From: Escherichia coli
GTDB lineage: Bacteria > Pseudomonadota > Gammaproteobacteria > Enterobacterales > Enterobacteriaceae
Reading direction: 5' to 3' (one strand)
Length of the DNA: 64,000 bases
Assembly (NCBI RefSeq): GCF_003334785.1
Contig: NZ_QOWV01000005.1
Shown in pieces: positions 23,171-35,774 of this stretch. Position numbers and translations under genes: made by a program. The notes beneath the pieces are model-generated. The model had not been told where the DNA came from and ran no database searches. It saw nothing but the letters and a program-made list of their open reading frames with translations. The number at the start of each line of letters is the position of its first letter. Within the stretch, counting starts at the first letter, position 1.

Positions 23171-23195
23171 GGCCCGACGATACAGGACAAGAGAC

Positions 23196-24275
23196 ATGTC
23201 TAAGATTTTTGATTTCGTAAAACCTGGCGTAATCACTGGTGATGACGTACAGAAAGTTTTCCAGGTAGCAAAAGAAAACAACTTCGCACTGCCAGCAGTA
23301 AACTGCGTCGGTACTGACTCCATCAACGCCGTACTGGAAACCGCTGCTAAAGTTAAAGCGCCGGTTATCGTTCAGTTCTCCAACGGTGGTGCTTCCTTTA
23401 TCGCTGGTAAAGGCGTGAAATCTGACGTTCCGCAGGGTGCTGCTATCCTGGGCGCGATCTCTGGTGCGCATCACGTTCACCAGATGGCTGAACATTATGG
23501 TGTTCCGGTTATCCTGCACACTGACCACTGCGCGAAGAAACTGCTGCCGTGGATCGACGGTCTGTTGGACGCGGGTGAAAAACACTTCGCAGCTACCGGT
23601 AAGCCGCTGTTCTCTTCTCACATGATCGACCTGTCTGAAGAATCTCTGCAAGAGAACATCGAAATCTGCTCTAAATACCTGGAGCGCATGTCCAAAATCG
23701 GCATGACTCTGGAAATCGAACTGGGTTGCACCGGTGGTGAAGAAGACGGCGTGGACAACAGCCACATGGACGCTTCTGCACTGTACACCCAGCCGGAAGA
23801 CGTTGATTACGCATACACCGAACTGAGCAAAATCAGCCCGCGTTTCACCATCGCAGCGTCCTTCGGTAACGTACACGGTGTTTACAAGCCGGGTAACGTG
23901 GTTCTGACTCCGACCATCCTGCGTGATTCTCAGGAATATGTTTCCAAGAAACACAACCTGCCGCACAACAGCCTGAACTTCGTATTCCACGGTGGTTCCG
24001 GTTCTACTGCTCAGGAAATCAAAGACTCCGTAAGCTACGGCGTAGTAAAAATGAACATCGATACCGATACCCAATGGGCAACCTGGGAAGGCGTTCTGAA
24101 CTACTACAAAGCGAACGAAGCTTATCTGCAGGGTCAGCTGGGTAACCCGAAAGGCGAAGATCAGCCGAACAAGAAATACTACGATCCGCGCGTATGGCTG
24201 CGTGCCGGTCAGACTTCGATGATCGCTCGTCTGGAGAAAGCATTCCAGGAACTGAACGCGATCGACGTTCTGTAA
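23196..24275 (+). CDS. fbaA: Fructose-bisphosphate aldolase class II
   Basis: Translation MSKIFDFVKPGVITGDDVQKVFQVAKENNFALPAVNCVG... recognised as FbaA; start trimmed 28 codons (track ORF runs through the ERIC element). Confidence 0.97.
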   Translation: MSKIFDFVKPGVITGDDVQKVFQVAKENNFALPAVNCVGTDSINAVLETAAKVKAPVIVQFSNGGASFIAGKGVKSDVPQGAAILGAISGAHHVHQMAEHYGVPVILHTDHCAKKLLPWIDGLLDAGEKHFAATGKPLFSSHMIDLSEESLQENIEICSKYLERMSKIGMTLEIELGCTGGEEDGVDNSHMDASALYTQPEDVDYAYTELSKISPRFTIAASFGNVHGVYKPGNVVLTPTILRDSQEYVSKKHNLPHNSLNFVFHGGSGSTAQEIKDSVSYGVVKMNIDTDTQWATWEGVLNYYKANEAYLQGQLGNPKGEDQPNKKYYDPRVWLRAGQTSMIARLEKAFQELNAIDVL

Positions 24276-24300
24276 GATATTCCTTTCTGCTTATCTCAAG

Positions 24301-24323
24301 GCCCGCTCTGCGGGTCTTTTTTT
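24301..24323 (+). terminator. Terminator-like hairpin plus T-run after fbaA (first copy of a duplicated motif)
   Basis: gcccgctctgcgggtcttttttt. Confidence 0.55.
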
Positions 24324-24336
24324 CGCCAAAAGCAAA

Positions 24337-24450
24337 ATTGCCTGATGCGCTACGCTTATCAGGCCTACACGTATCCTGCAATATATTGAATTTGCAGGTT
24401 TTTGTAGGCCGGATAAGGCGTTCACGCCGCATCCGGCATGACAAAGCGCA
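24337..24450. repeat. REP/BIME pair in the fbaA-mscS intergenic region
   Basis: gcctgatgcgctacgcttatcaggcctac and gtaggccggataaggcgttcacgccgcatccggca. Confidence 0.8.
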
Positions 24451-24467
24451 CATTGATATCTGTCTGA

Positions 24468-24492
24468 GCCCCGCTCTGCGGGGATTTTTTCG
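24468..24492 (+). terminator. Second copy of the terminator-like hairpin plus T-run
   Basis: gccccgctctgcggggatttttt, followed like copy 1 by cgccaaaagcaa. Confidence 0.5.
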
Positions 24493-24632
24493 CCAAAAGC
24501 AAGGTGATTCAGATGAGAAATCTGTGATCTATTTGGCAAAATTATGCTTTATTGTTTACCCTTGTCAGACTGCCCGTCATAAGGCGGCGGAGTGTATTTC
24601 TCCATTTTGAGTCAGTTGAAAAGGAATATTGA

Positions 24633-25493
<861 letters not shown>

Positions 25494-25501
25494 TCAACGC
25501 T

Positions 25502-25536
25502 GAGGCCAGATAATACTCTCTGGCCTCTCTCTTATT
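25502..25536 (+). terminator. Putative terminator after mscS
   Basis: gaggccagataatactctctggcctc followed by a T-rich stretch. Confidence 0.5.
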
Positions 25537-25631
25537 AGTTTTTCTGATTGCCAATTAATATTATCAATTTCCGCTAATAACAATCCCGCGATATAGTCTC
25601 TGCATCAGATACTTAATTCGGAATATCCAAC

Positions 25632-26267
25632 GTGTTTTCTTATTACTTTCAAGGTCTTGCACTTGGGGCGGCTATGATCCTACCGCTCGGTCCACAAAAT
25701 GCTTTTGTGATGAATCAGGGCATACGTCGTCAGTACCACATTATGATTGCCTTACTTTGTGCTATCAGCGATTTGGTCCTGATTTGCGCCGGGATTTTTG
25801 GTGGCAGCGCGTTATTGATGCAGTCGCCGTGGTTGCTGGCGCTGGTCACCTGGGGCGGCGTAGCCTTCTTGCTGTGGTATGGTTTTGGCGCTTTTAAAAC
25901 AGCAATGAGCAGTAATATTGAGTTAGCCAGCGCCGAAGTCATGAAGCAAGGCAGATGGAAAATTATCGCCACCATGTTGGCAGTGACCTGGCTGAATCCG
26001 CATGTTTACCTGGATACTTTTGTTGTACTGGGCAGCCTTGGCGGGCAACTTGATGTGGAACCAAAACGCTGGTTTGCACTCGGGACAATTAGCGCCTCTT
26101 TCCTGTGGTTCTTTGGTCTGGCTCTTCTCGCAGCCTGGCTGGCACCGCGTCTGCGCACGGCAAAAGCACAGCGCATTATCAATCTGGTTGTGGGATGTGT
26201 TATGTGGTTTATTGCCTTGCAGCTGGCGAGAGACGGTATTGCTCATGCACAAGCCTTGTTCAGTTAG
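25632..26267 (+). CDS. argO: Arginine exporter (LysE family)
   Basis: 211-aa [33 protein letters not shown]... recognised as ArgO (YggA); apparent GTG start. Confidence 0.93.
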   Translation: MFSYYFQGLALGAAMILPLGPQNAFVMNQGIRRQYHIMIALLCAISDLVLICAGIFGGSALLMQSPWLLALVTWGGVAFLLWYGFGAFKTAMSSNIELASAEVMKQGRWKIIATMLAVTWLNPHVYLDTFVVLGSLGGQLDVEPKRWFALGTISASFLWFFGLALLAAWLAPRLRTAKAQRIINLVVGCVMWFIALQLARDGIAHAQALFS

Positions 26268-26359
26268 GCGCTATCTGATGGAAAAATAAAACAGAGGCGC
26301 TAAGCTTGCCTCCAGAGGTCCTGAATTTTGGGCAAGTCAATTAACACGGAGAGACTAAC

Positions 26360-27100
26360 GTGAAGTTCAAAGTTATCGCCCTGGCGGCATTAATGGGTAT
26401 TAGCGGGATGGCAGCGCAGGCTAACGAATTGCCGGATGGACCGCATATTGTCACCTCCGGTACGGCAAGCGTGGATGCGGTGCCAGACATTGCCACTCTT
26501 GCGATTGAAGTTAACGTGGCCGCGAAGGATGCCGCTACTGCCAAGAAACAGGCAGATGAGCGCGTCGCACAATACATTTCCTTCCTTGAACTCAATCAGA
26601 TCGCGAAAAAAGATATCAGCTCAGCGAACTTACGCACCCAGCCAGATTATGATTATCAGGATGGTAAAAGTATCCTTAAAGGCTACCGCGCTGTGAGAAC
26701 GGTGGAAGTCACGCTCCGTCAGTTAGACAAACTGAATTCCTTGCTGGATGGCGCGCTGAAGGCGGGTCTTAACGAAATTCGTTCTGTGTCGCTGGGCGTG
26801 GCGCAGCCGGATGCCTATAAAGACAAAGCGCGTAAGGCAGCGATTGATAACGCGATTCATCAGGCGCAGGAACTGGCGAACGGCTTTCATCGTAAACTGG
26901 GGCCGGTATATAGCGTGCGCTACCATGTTTCCAACTATCAGCCCAGCCCAATGGTGCGGATGATGAAAGCCGATGCCGCGCCGGTGTCCGCCCAGGAAAC
27001 TTACGAGCAGGCCGCTATTCAGTTTGATGATCAGGTCGATGTGGTCTTCCAGTTAGAACCTGTGGATCAACAACCCGCTAAAACACCTGCAGCACAATAA
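26360..27100 (+). CDS. yggE: Periplasmic/OM oxidative-stress-associated protein YggE (DUF541, SIMPL-like)
   Basis: 246-aa ORF with N-terminal signal peptide MKFKVIALAALMGISGMAAQA. Confidence 0.9.
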   Translation: MKFKVIALAALMGISGMAAQANELPDGPHIVTSGTASVDAVPDIATLAIEVNVAAKDAATAKKQADERVAQYISFLELNQIAKKDISSANLRTQPDYDYQDGKSILKGYRAVRTVEVTLRQLDKLNSLLDGALKAGLNEIRSVSLGVAQPDAYKDKARKAAIDNAIHQAQELANGFHRKLGPVYSVRYHVSNYQPSPMVRMMKADAAPVSAQETYEQAAIQFDDQVDVVFQLEPVDQQPAKTPAAQ

Positions 27101-27266
27101 TATTTGTAGCCCGACGTATTCGTCGGGCTAATGCCTTTACCCGATATTGCCTCCTTTTTCTGTAATTTTCTGTAAAACCATGACGTAATCACCTATCTTT
27201 GCTCGCGGTTTCATCAAGGATAGGCTGACTGAAACGGTTAAGCGGACAAGGATGCGGGGGAGGGGG

Positions 27267-28163
27267 ATGGACATTTTTATTTCGAAAAAGATGCGCAATT
27301 TCATTTTATTAGCGCAAACCAATAATATTGCCCGGGCGGCAGAAAAAATCCATATGACGGCTTCGCCATTTGGTAAAAGCATTGCCGCGCTGGAAGAACA
27401 AATTGGCTATACGCTATTTACCCGCAAAGATAATAATATCAGCCTCAATAAAGCCGGACAGGAACTGTATCAAAAACTGTTCCCGGTTTATCAACGGCTT
27501 TCTGCGATTGATAATGAAATCCATAACTCAGGGCGTCGTTCACGAGAAATTGTGATTGGCATAGATAATACTTATCCGACAATTATTTTCGATCAGTTGA
27601 TTAGTCTCGGAGATAAGTATGAAGGCGTGACCGCCCAGCCAGTTGAGTTCAGCGAAAATGGCGTTATCGATAATCTTTTTGACCGCCAGTTAGATTTTAT
27701 TATCTCCCCACAGCATGTATCTGCACGAGTTCAGGAACTGGAAAACCTGACTATCAGTGAACTACCACCGCTGCGATTAGGCTTTCTCGTTTCTCGCCGT
27801 TATGAAGAGCGACAAGAGCAAGAGCTGCTTCAGGAGCTGCCCTGGCTACAAATGCGCTTTCAGAACCGGGCCAACTTCGAAGCAATGATTGATGCGAATA
27901 TGCGACCTTGTGGGATCAATCCAACCATTATTTATCGTCCCTACAGTTTTATGGCCAAAATCAGCGCCGTGGAGCGCGGACATTTTCTGACGGTGATCCC
28001 GCATTTTGCCTGGCGACTGGTGAATCCGGCAACGCTGAAATATTTTGATGCACCGCACAGGCCGATGTATATGCAGGAATATCTTTATTCAATCAGAAAT
28101 CATCGTTATACCGCCACGATGCTTCAGCATATTGCTGAAGATCGTGACGGGACGAGTCATTAA
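27267..28163 (+). CDS. ygfI: LysR-family transcriptional regulator
   Basis: N-terminal HTH typical of LysR-type regulators; convergent with scpC and overlaps its 3' end by 4 nt; choice of start codon uncertain. Confidence 0.85.
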   Translation: MDIFISKKMRNFILLAQTNNIARAAEKIHMTASPFGKSIAALEEQIGYTLFTRKDNNISLNKAGQELYQKLFPVYQRLSAIDNEIHNSGRRSREIVIGIDNTYPTIIFDQLISLGDKYEGVTAQPVEFSENGVIDNLFDRQLDFIISPQHVSARVQELENLTISELPPLRLGFLVSRRYEERQEQELLQELPWLQMRFQNRANFEAMIDANMRPCGINPTIIYRPYSFMAKISAVERGHFLTVIPHFAWRLVNPATLKYFDAPHRPMYMQEYLYSIRNHRYTATMLQHIAEDRDGTSH

Positions 28164-29638
28164 CCCAGCATCGAGCCGGTTGCAATTAAATTACGGTGTA
28201 AGTCGAAGACGTGGCTAAGATCGTGGTGAATATGTCCGCCAGGCGCATTTTCCAGATAGCGATGCAGATAATCCCGATACATAGGATGTGCACAATTATC
28301 AATGATAGTGCGGGCGCGTTGAAGCGGGGAAAGACCGCGCAGATCGGCGATCCCTTGTTCGGTGATGATCACTTTGACGCTGTGTTCGCTGTGATCAACA
28401 TGGCTGCACATTGGCACGACGGTTGAGATCTTGCCTTCTTTAGCAATCGACGGGGCCATAAAGATCGACAGATACGCGTTGCGTTCAAAATCACCGCTGC
28501 CGCCGATGCCGTTCATCAGATCGACCCCGGCTACGTGTGTTGAGTTGGCATGCCCGTAAATATCAAACTCCAGGCCGACGTTCAGAGCGATGACGCCCAG
28601 ACGACGGATGATTTCCGGGTTATTGGAAATCTCCTGCGGACGCAACACAATGCGGCTGGCAAAGTAATCCATATTGTCGTAAATCTTGCGCAGGGAATCG
28701 GCCGAGATTGTCAGGCTGGAGGCGCTGGCCCCGCTGATTTTGCCGGTTTCCAGTAAATGCACCACCGATTCCTGTAGCACTTCCGAATACATCATAAACG
28801 GAGGAATTACCGGGTTTTCCCCCAGACGCGCCATTACCGCATTATTGATATTGCCCACGCCACTTTGCAGCGGCAGAAATTCCGGCGGAATACGCCCATG
28901 CGCCATTTCCTGCAATAAGAACGTGACCACGTTATCGGCAATCTGCTGGCACATGGGATTTTGCTTATCCAGCATATTACCGGCGTCGGGCAAGTTGGTT
29001 TCCACGACGGCGACAATCTTTTTCGGATCGATTTGCACATAGCGGGTACCGACGCGATCCATTGCATGGAAGATCGACACGCTATTGCGCCGCGGTGGCG
29101 CGCCAGGAATCACAATATCCGCCAGTTCTGCAACGCGCGGATCGTGATAGTGATTGAGTTCAATGATCACTTTCTTCGCCCGCAGCAGCCAGGTCGGCGC
29201 ATTACCGATCCCGCTGGTTAACCAGACTCGACCATCCGGTGCCAGTGCCGATGCTTCAATGACGGCAACATCAATGTCGCCGAAGAAACCGTAATTGACC
29301 ATTTGCGCCACTTCGCTCAAATGCAGGTCAACGAAACTCACCGCGCCCTGATTGATCTTTTTACGTAAACCGGACGATGTTTGATATGGCGCACGCCAGG
29401 AAACAGCATCGGCGTCAGAAAGTACATCGTCAGCGGCGGCGCTGATTGACGCACCCGTCAGAAGGCGAATTTGATACGGCTTTTTGGCCTCATGCTGTTC
29501 GTTAGCTCTGCGGGCAATCGCGGTGGGTAGGGCTTTCGGCGAACCCGCCGGGGTAAAGCCGCTAAATGCCACCATGTCGTTATGCTGGATAATTTCTGCC
29601 GCTTCATTGGCGGTCATCCTTGTCCACTGAGTTTCCAT
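28160..29638 (-). CDS. scpC: Propionyl-CoA:succinate CoA-transferase
   Basis: 492-aa ORF recognised as YgfH (acetyl-CoA hydrolase/transferase family); last gene of the sbm operon. Confidence 0.93.
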   Translation of the reverse strand: METQWTRMTANEAAEIIQHNDMVAFSGFTPAGSPKALPTAIARRANEQHEAKKPYQIRLLTGASISAAADDVLSDADAVSWRAPYQTSSGLRKKINQGAVSFVDLHLSEVAQMVNYGFFGDIDVAVIEASALAPDGRVWLTSGIGNAPTWLLRAKKVIIELNHYHDPRVAELADIVIPGAPPRRNSVSIFHAMDRVGTRYVQIDPKKIVAVVETNLPDAGNMLDKQNPMCQQIADNVVTFLLQEMAHGRIPPEFLPLQSGVGNINNAVMARLGENPVIPPFMMYSEVLQESVVHLLETGKISGASASSLTISADSLRKIYDNMDYFASRIVLRPQEISNNPEIIRRLGVIALNVGLEFDIYGHANSTHVAGVDLMNGIGGSGDFERNAYLSIFMAPSIAKEGKISTVVPMCSHVDHSEHSVKVIITEQGIADLRGLSPLQRARTIIDNCAHPMYRDYLHRYLENAPGGHIHHDLSHVFDLHRNLIATGSMLG

Positions 29639-29661
29639 TTTTACTCCTTCGTTCGCAGGGA

Positions 29662-30447
29662 TTAATGACCAACGAAATTAGGTTTACGTTTTTCGAGGAA
29701 AGCGTTCATCCCTTCCTGGTAATCTTCGCTGTCATACACCGCGCGGCGCATCCCCTGAATACGTTCAAATTCATCGGAGTTCATGGTGTGTGCTTCGCCC
29801 AGTACACGCAGCTCTTCTTTGATAACGGCAATGGCTAACGGCGCTTTCTCAGAGATGTGGTGCGCCATTTGTAAGGTGAAATCTTCCAGTTCTTCCACTT
29901 CCACAACATGGTTGAGGATGCCGACAGCCAGCGCGCGCTGGGCGGTGATTGGCGAAGCGGTAAAAATCAGCTCTTTGACAATGTGGAAGCCCGCGTCGCG
30001 GGTCAGGTTGTGAATGCCGACCAGGTTATACGGGACGCCGAGGTTTACAGGCGTCATTGAGAAGGTTGAGGTACTGGCGGCGATGATCAGATCGGAACTC
30101 ATGATCATTTCAAATGCGCCACCCCAAACACTACCTTCCACCATCGAAATGATCGGTTTCGGGAATTTTTGGATCATGCGGGTGATTTGACGCAATGGAT
30201 CATCATAGGAGAGCGGATCGCGACCGCCAGACGGCAGTTCGTGAATATCGTGACCTGCGGAGAAGACTTTGGATCCACTCGGTGCGCGCAAAATGATACA
30301 GCGAATTTCCGGCCGGTTGAGATCGCTTAACGCCTGCATAAGATCATCAATAAAGACTTTACTTAAGGCATTAAGTTTTCGGCCATAGTTAAACTCAATG
30401 ACCGCCACTTTGTTGATAGTGACAACGTTAACATACTGATAAGACAT
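29662..30447 (-). CDS. scpB: Methylmalonyl-CoA decarboxylase (crotonase fold)
   Basis: Translation MSYQYVNVVTINKVAVIEFNYGRKLNALSK... recognised as YgfG; start trimmed 14 codons. Confidence 0.93.
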   Translation of the reverse strand: MSYQYVNVVTINKVAVIEFNYGRKLNALSKVFIDDLMQALSDLNRPEIRCIILRAPSGSKVFSAGHDIHELPSGGRDPLSYDDPLRQITRMIQKFPKPIISMVEGSVWGGAFEMIMSSDLIIAASTSTFSMTPVNLGVPYNLVGIHNLTRDAGFHIVKELIFTASPITAQRALAVGILNHVVEVEELEDFTLQMAHHISEKAPLAIAVIKEELRVLGEAHTMNSDEFERIQGMRRAVYDSEDYQEGMNAFLEKRKPNFVGH

Positions 30448-30457
30448 AAAAATTCCT

Positions 30458-31453
30458 TTAATCAAAATATTGCGTCTGGATAAATTCACTGAGCTGCCGC
30501 AGGCCGGTGCGCGGTGAGAGCGTATTGTTTTTGACCGCTAAAAGCGTCTGGCGGTAATAGCGATCGAAATCTTCATTCGCGAACAGGTGATTCAGTACTT
30601 CTTCTTCGGTCTGCTTACGCAGCCATTCCACCGATTGTTGTTGCCGCACTTGTTGTAAACGACCACTGGCAGTTAGCGCGGTTTTGAAGTCGATGATGGC
30701 GTGCCAGATCTCATCGATTCCACGTTTTTCCAGTGCGCTACAAGTCAGAACCCGTGGCTGCCATTCGTCGTATTTACGTCGCAGAATATGCAGGGCACTC
30801 TCGTACATATGCCGGGCAATGGCGACATTGGTATGGTTATCGCCATCGTCTTTGTTGATAACGATCAGATCAGCCACTTCCATCAGCCCTTTTTTAATGC
30901 CCTGCAGATCATCGCCGCCACCGGCAATTTGCAACGAGATAAAACAGTCCACCATGCGGGCGACTTCTGTTTCCGACTGCCCGACGCCAACCGTTTCGAC
31001 AATCACTACGTCATAACCCGCTGCTTCGCATAACAGCATTAATTCCCGCGCTCGCTGACTGGCACCGCCCAGATGACCGGAGGATGGTACCGGGCGAATA
31101 AACGCCGCTTCGGCACGCGCCAGGTCATTCATGCGGGTTTTATCCCCGAGAATGCTACCGCCAGTGACCGGGCTGCTGGGATCGACCGCAATAACCGCGA
31201 CCTTTAATCCCTCTCGAATCAACAACATGCCAAAGGCCTCAAGAAAGGTACTTTTCCCCGCGCCGGGGGTGCCGGTAACGCCCAGTCGCAGGGTGTTACC
31301 GCAGTACGGCATAATGGCATCAAGCAGCTGCGTACTTAGTGCCTGATGACGCGGGTGACGGCTTTCCACCAGCGTCATGGCCTGGGCGAGTGTGGCACGC
31401 TCACCCTGACGTAAGCGGCGAATACTTTCTGCCAGCGTGGCTTCATTAATCAT
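30458..31453 (-). CDS. argK: MeaB/ArgK-type G-protein chaperone for methylmalonyl-CoA mutase
   Basis: 331-aa ORF with P-loop GTPGAGKST; overlaps the scpA 3' end by 8 nt. Confidence 0.93.
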   Translation of the reverse strand: MINEATLAESIRRLRQGERATLAQAMTLVESRHPRHQALSTQLLDAIMPYCGNTLRLGVTGTPGAGKSTFLEAFGMLLIREGLKVAVIAVDPSSPVTGGSILGDKTRMNDLARAEAAFIRPVPSSGHLGGASQRARELMLLCEAAGYDVVIVETVGVGQSETEVARMVDCFISLQIAGGGDDLQGIKKGLMEVADLIVINKDDGDNHTNVAIARHMYESALHILRRKYDEWQPRVLTCSALEKRGIDEIWHAIIDFKTALTASGRLQQVRQQQSVEWLRKQTEEEVLNHLFANEDFDRYYRQTLLAVKNNTLSPRTGLRQLSEFIQTQYFD

Positions 31454-33590
31454 GATGCTGGCTTATCAGATTCAGTACGTCGCGCACACTGTCGAGCATA
31501 GGTGTACCTGGACCATAAATCGCCGCCACGCCGCGCTCTTGCAGGAAGGCGTAATCCTGCGGCGGAATGACGCCACCCGCGACCACGCAGATATCTTCGC
31601 GTCCCCATTTTTTCAGCGCTTCGACCAGTTCCGGGATCAGCGTTTTATGACCGGCAGCCAGTGAGGATGCGCCCACTACGTGAACGTCGTTTTCTACGGC
31701 CAGGCGGGCGATCTCTTCAGGTGTAGAGAACATCGGGCTTAAATCTACGTCGAAACCGAGATCGGAATAGGCGCTGGCGATCACTTTCGCGCCGCGATCG
31801 TGTCCATCCTGGCCCATCTTAGCGATCAGAATGCGCGGGCGACGACCATTGTCGGCAAGGAACTGCTCCGTTTGCGCAACAATGGCATCGAACTCGGAGG
31901 CCGATTTCTCAGACTGATGATAGCTTTGCGCAATCACGCCGGTAACACACTGGCTTGGCACCAGATAACGGTCGAAAGCGACTTCCAGCGCATCGGAAAT
32001 TTCACCCAGGGTGGCGCGAACGCGAGCGGCATTAACAGCGGCAGCCAGCAGGTTTTCGTTATGCTGTGCGGCGTGAGTCAGGGCGTTCAACGCGGCGGTT
32101 ACGGCGGCATCATCACGGGTGGCGCGAATGCGTTCCAGCGAAGCAATTTGCTCGTTACGCACCATCACGTTGTCGATCTCAAGTACATCGGTTTCGTCTT
32201 CGTGATCCAGTTTGTACTTGTTGACACCAACGATGACACGCTTGCCCTGGTCGATCAGCGACTGTTCGCGCGCTGAGGCCTCTTCGATCATTCGTTTTGG
32301 CAGACCTGCTTCGATCGCTTTCGCCATGCCACCGGCTTCGTCGATCTGTTGGATAATAGCTCTGGCTTGTTTGACGATTTGATCGGTCAGCGACTCAATG
32401 TAATAGGATCCGGCCAGTGGATCGACGGTGCGGCAGAGTTCTGATTCTTCCTGGATGATGATCTGGGTGTTGCGGGCAATGCGTGCTGAGAAATCGGTAG
32501 GCAAACCAAGCGCTTCGTCAAAGGCGTTGGTATGCAGTGACTGAGTACCGCCCAGCGTCGCAGCCAGCGCTTCAATGGTGGTGCGGATAACGTTGTTATA
32601 CGGATCCTGTTCAGTCAGGCTCCAGCCTGAGGTCTGGCAGTGGGTACGCAGCGCCAGTGATTTCGGGTCCTGTGCGCCAAATCCACTGACCGCTTCGCTC
32701 CATAAATAACGTGCCGCACGCAACATGGCGACGTTCATAAACAGATCCATGCCGATGCCGAAGAAGAACGACAGGCGAGGAGCGAAGTCATCAATTTTCA
32801 GTCCGGCAGAGATTGCTGCTTTGATGTACTCAATCCCATCAGCGAGCGTAAATGCTACCTGCTGCACGCAGTTGGCACCCGCTTCACCCATGTGGTAACC
32901 GCTGATACTGATGGTATTAAATCGCGGCATGTTGCCGGAACACCAGGCGATGATGTCGGCGATAATGCGCATTGACGGTTTTGGTGGGTAAATATAGGTG
33001 TTGCGGCAGAGGTACTCTTTGAGAATATCGTTTTGAATGGTGCCGGTCAGTTTATCAGGTGTAACACCTTGCTCTTCTGCGGCGACGATATAAAACGCCA
33101 GTACTGGTAGCACTGCGCCATTCATGGTCATCGAAACCGACATTTTATCCAGCGGGATCTGGTCGAACAGGACTTTCATATCTTCCACGGTGTCGATAGC
33201 GACGCCCGCTTTGCCGACGTCGCCCGCCACGCGCGGGTTATCGGAGTCGTAGCCACGGTGGGTGGCAAGGTCAAACGCAACGGAAAGACCTTTTTGCCCG
33301 GCGGCCAGGTTACGGCGATAAAAAGCGTTGGACTCTTTTGCTGTTGAAAAACCAGCATACTGACGGATGGTCCACGGTTGGGCGGTATACATAGTGGCAC
33401 GCGGGCCACGAACGTAGGGCGGCAAACCAGGAAGGGTACCTGTCACCTCCAGATTATCGAGATCGGCTTCGGTATACAGCGGCTTGATGGCGATCCCTTC
33501 CGCGGTTTGATGAACCAGCGAGTCGACAGTTTTCTCCCGACGGCTCAATTCCTTGTTGGCAAGCTGTTGCCACTCCTGCACGTTAGACAT
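31446..33590 (-). CDS. scpA: Methylmalonyl-CoA mutase (coenzyme B12-dependent)
   Basis: Translation [40 protein letters not shown]... recognised as Sbm; start trimmed 7 codons. Confidence 0.95.
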   Translation of the reverse strand: MSNVQEWQQLANKELSRREKTVDSLVHQTAEGIAIKPLYTEADLDNLEVTGTLPGLPPYVRGPRATMYTAQPWTIRQYAGFSTAKESNAFYRRNLAAGQKGLSVAFDLATHRGYDSDNPRVAGDVGKAGVAIDTVEDMKVLFDQIPLDKMSVSMTMNGAVLPVLAFYIVAAEEQGVTPDKLTGTIQNDILKEYLCRNTYIYPPKPSMRIIADIIAWCSGNMPRFNTISISGYHMGEAGANCVQQVAFTLADGIEYIKAAISAGLKIDDFAPRLSFFFGIGMDLFMNVAMLRAARYLWSEAVSGFGAQDPKSLALRTHCQTSGWSLTEQDPYNNVIRTTIEALAATLGGTQSLHTNAFDEALGLPTDFSARIARNTQIIIQEESELCRTVDPLAGSYYIESLTDQIVKQARAIIQQIDEAGGMAKAIEAGLPKRMIEEASAREQSLIDQGKRVIVGVNKYKLDHEDETDVLEIDNVMVRNEQIASLERIRATRDDAAVTAALNALTHAAQHNENLLAAAVNAARVRATLGEISDALEVAFDRYLVPSQCVTGVIAQSYHQSEKSASEFDAIVAQTEQFLADNGRRPRILIAKMGQDGHDRGAKVIASAYSDLGFDVDLSPMFSTPEEIARLAVENDVHVVGASSLAAGHKTLIPELVEALKKWGREDICVVAGGVIPPQDYAFLQERGVAAIYGPGTPMLDSVRDVLNLISQHHD

Positions 33591-33793
33591 TATTTGCTCC
33601 GTAAAACGCAATCAAAATGAGGGTATTTGCGCCTACGGTGAGCTTTTTACGTGGGTTTGTCGCCAGCAAAAAAAATGCATTCAGACGTCGTTTTTTGCCG
33701 CCTGAGATTTGTCTATTTTGTGATGTGATTCAAGGAATACAAAAAGAAGTGAGGACAACGCCTGATATGTGCTATCAGGCATTATTTGATGGA

Positions 33794-34687
33794 TTAATCC
33801 TGACGAAGGACTTTGTGACCATAATCGAGTAACGCATCAGTGACTTTACGCATCATGCGGCTTTCAGGAGCAAAGCGGTGCCAGTAGAGCATCCGTCGTT
33901 GAAATAGCCCAGGCGTTAAGTCAATCAGTTCACCGCTGGCCAGCTCTTTCTCGATTTGCAGGTGCGGGATCATACAGCAGGTGGTGCCCTGGCGAGCAAG
34001 TTGTACGAACGCTTCTGAAGAATTAACGATATGGCAGGGCACGCTGCCTGGAGGCAGATCGAAGTTTTGCTGCAAAAAGGCCTGGTGCATATCGTCAAGA
34101 TGGTCAAACGCGACCACTGGCGCTTTCAGTAATGCCGAACGCGTTACGCCGTTAGGGAAATATTTTTCGGCAAAGGGTTTTGAGCTGACGAACAGATAGT
34201 CGAGCGCACCAAGTTTATCGACAAGACAACTCGGCAGCGCCTGATGTTGAATACTCACCGCGCCGACCACTTCGCCGCGGCGCAGACGTTCCTGAGTGCG
34301 GGTTTCATCTTCTACCTGCAAGTTGAGGCGGATAGGCGAATCAGCCAACACAGGAGCCAGTGCAGGAAGCAACCACGTCGCCAGACTGTCGGCGTTGACC
34401 GCCAGTGAAAGCAGCAGCGGAGTCGAACCGGTTTGTTCATCGCCCAGCCACTCTTCTTCCAGCAACTCCACCTGGCGCAGCAGTGCCAGCAGTTTTTGCC
34501 CTTGTTCCGTCGGGCGCGGCGGTACGGTACGCACCAACAGCGGCTGCCCGAACATATTTTCCAGTTGCTTAATGCGCTGTGAGACGGCTGATTGTGTAAT
34601 GCACAGCTTTTGTGCCGCGCGCTCAAATCCTCGTTCACGTATCACCGCATCCAGTGCCTGTAATGTTCTGTAGTCCGGGCGTTTCAT
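33794..34687 (-). CDS. argP: LysR-family regulator ArgP (IciA)
   Basis: Translation [43 protein letters not shown]... recognised; start trimmed 22 codons. Confidence 0.95.
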
Positions 34688-35114
34688 TGCTGTTGTCTGC
34701 TCCTGGTAAATGCTTTTTCCTGCACTATGACACAATTTTGTGTCAGGTTGCATATACCGAAGCCGTCGGCGGGTAACATTTGTATCCGTGGTTAAAAGCG
34801 CAGCTTAAAAGATCAGGGATTTGCGCTAATGCATTTCGCTCAGCGAGTTCGCGCCCTGGTTGTGTTGAATGGCGTGGCGTTATTGCCTCAATTTGCCTGT
34901 AAACAGGGGCTTGCGAACGGTGAACTGGTGCGCCTGTTTGCACCGTGGAGCGGCATACCCAGACCGTTGTATGCTTTATTTGCGGGGCGAAAGGGGATGC
35001 CTGCCATTGCGCGATATTTTATGGATGAGTTAACCACGCGGCTTGCCAACGGGGTCTGAATCGCTTTTTTTGTATATAATGCGTGTGAAATTTCATACCA
35101 CAGGCGAAACGATC

Positions 35115-35774
35115 ATGACGCAGGATGAATTGAAAAAAGCAGTAGGATGGGCGGCACTTCAGTATGTTCAGCCCGGCACCATTGTTGGTGTAGGTACAGG
35201 TTCCACCGCCGCACACTTTATTGACGCGCTCGGTACAATGAAAGGCCAGATTGAAGGGGCCGTTTCCAGTTCAGATGCTTCCACTGAAAAACTGAAAAGC
35301 CTCGGCATTCACGTTTTTGATCTCAACGAAGTCGACAGCCTTGGCATCTACGTTGATGGCGCAGATGAAATCAACGGCCACATGCAAATGATCAAAGGCG
35401 GCGGCGCGGCGCTGACCCGTGAAAAAATCATTGCTTCGGTTGCAGAAAAATTTATCTGTATTGCAGACGCTTCCAAGCAGGTTGATATTCTGGGTAAATT
35501 CCCGCTGCCAGTAGAAGTTATCCCGATGGCACGTAGTGCAGTGGCGCGTCAGCTGGTGAAACTGGGCGGTCGTCCGGAATACCGTCAGGGCGTGGTGACC
35601 GATAATGGCAACGTGATCCTCGACGTCCACGGCATGGAAATCCTTGACCCGATAGCGATGGAAAACGCCATAAATGCGATTCCTGGCGTGGTGACTGTTG
35701 GCTTGTTTGCTAACCGTGGCGCGGACGTTGCGCTGATTGGCACACCTGACGGTGTCAAAACCATTGTGAAATGA
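35115..35774 (+). CDS. rpiA: Ribose-5-phosphate isomerase A
   Basis: Translation [40 protein letters not shown]... recognised; start trimmed 24 codons. Confidence 0.96.
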
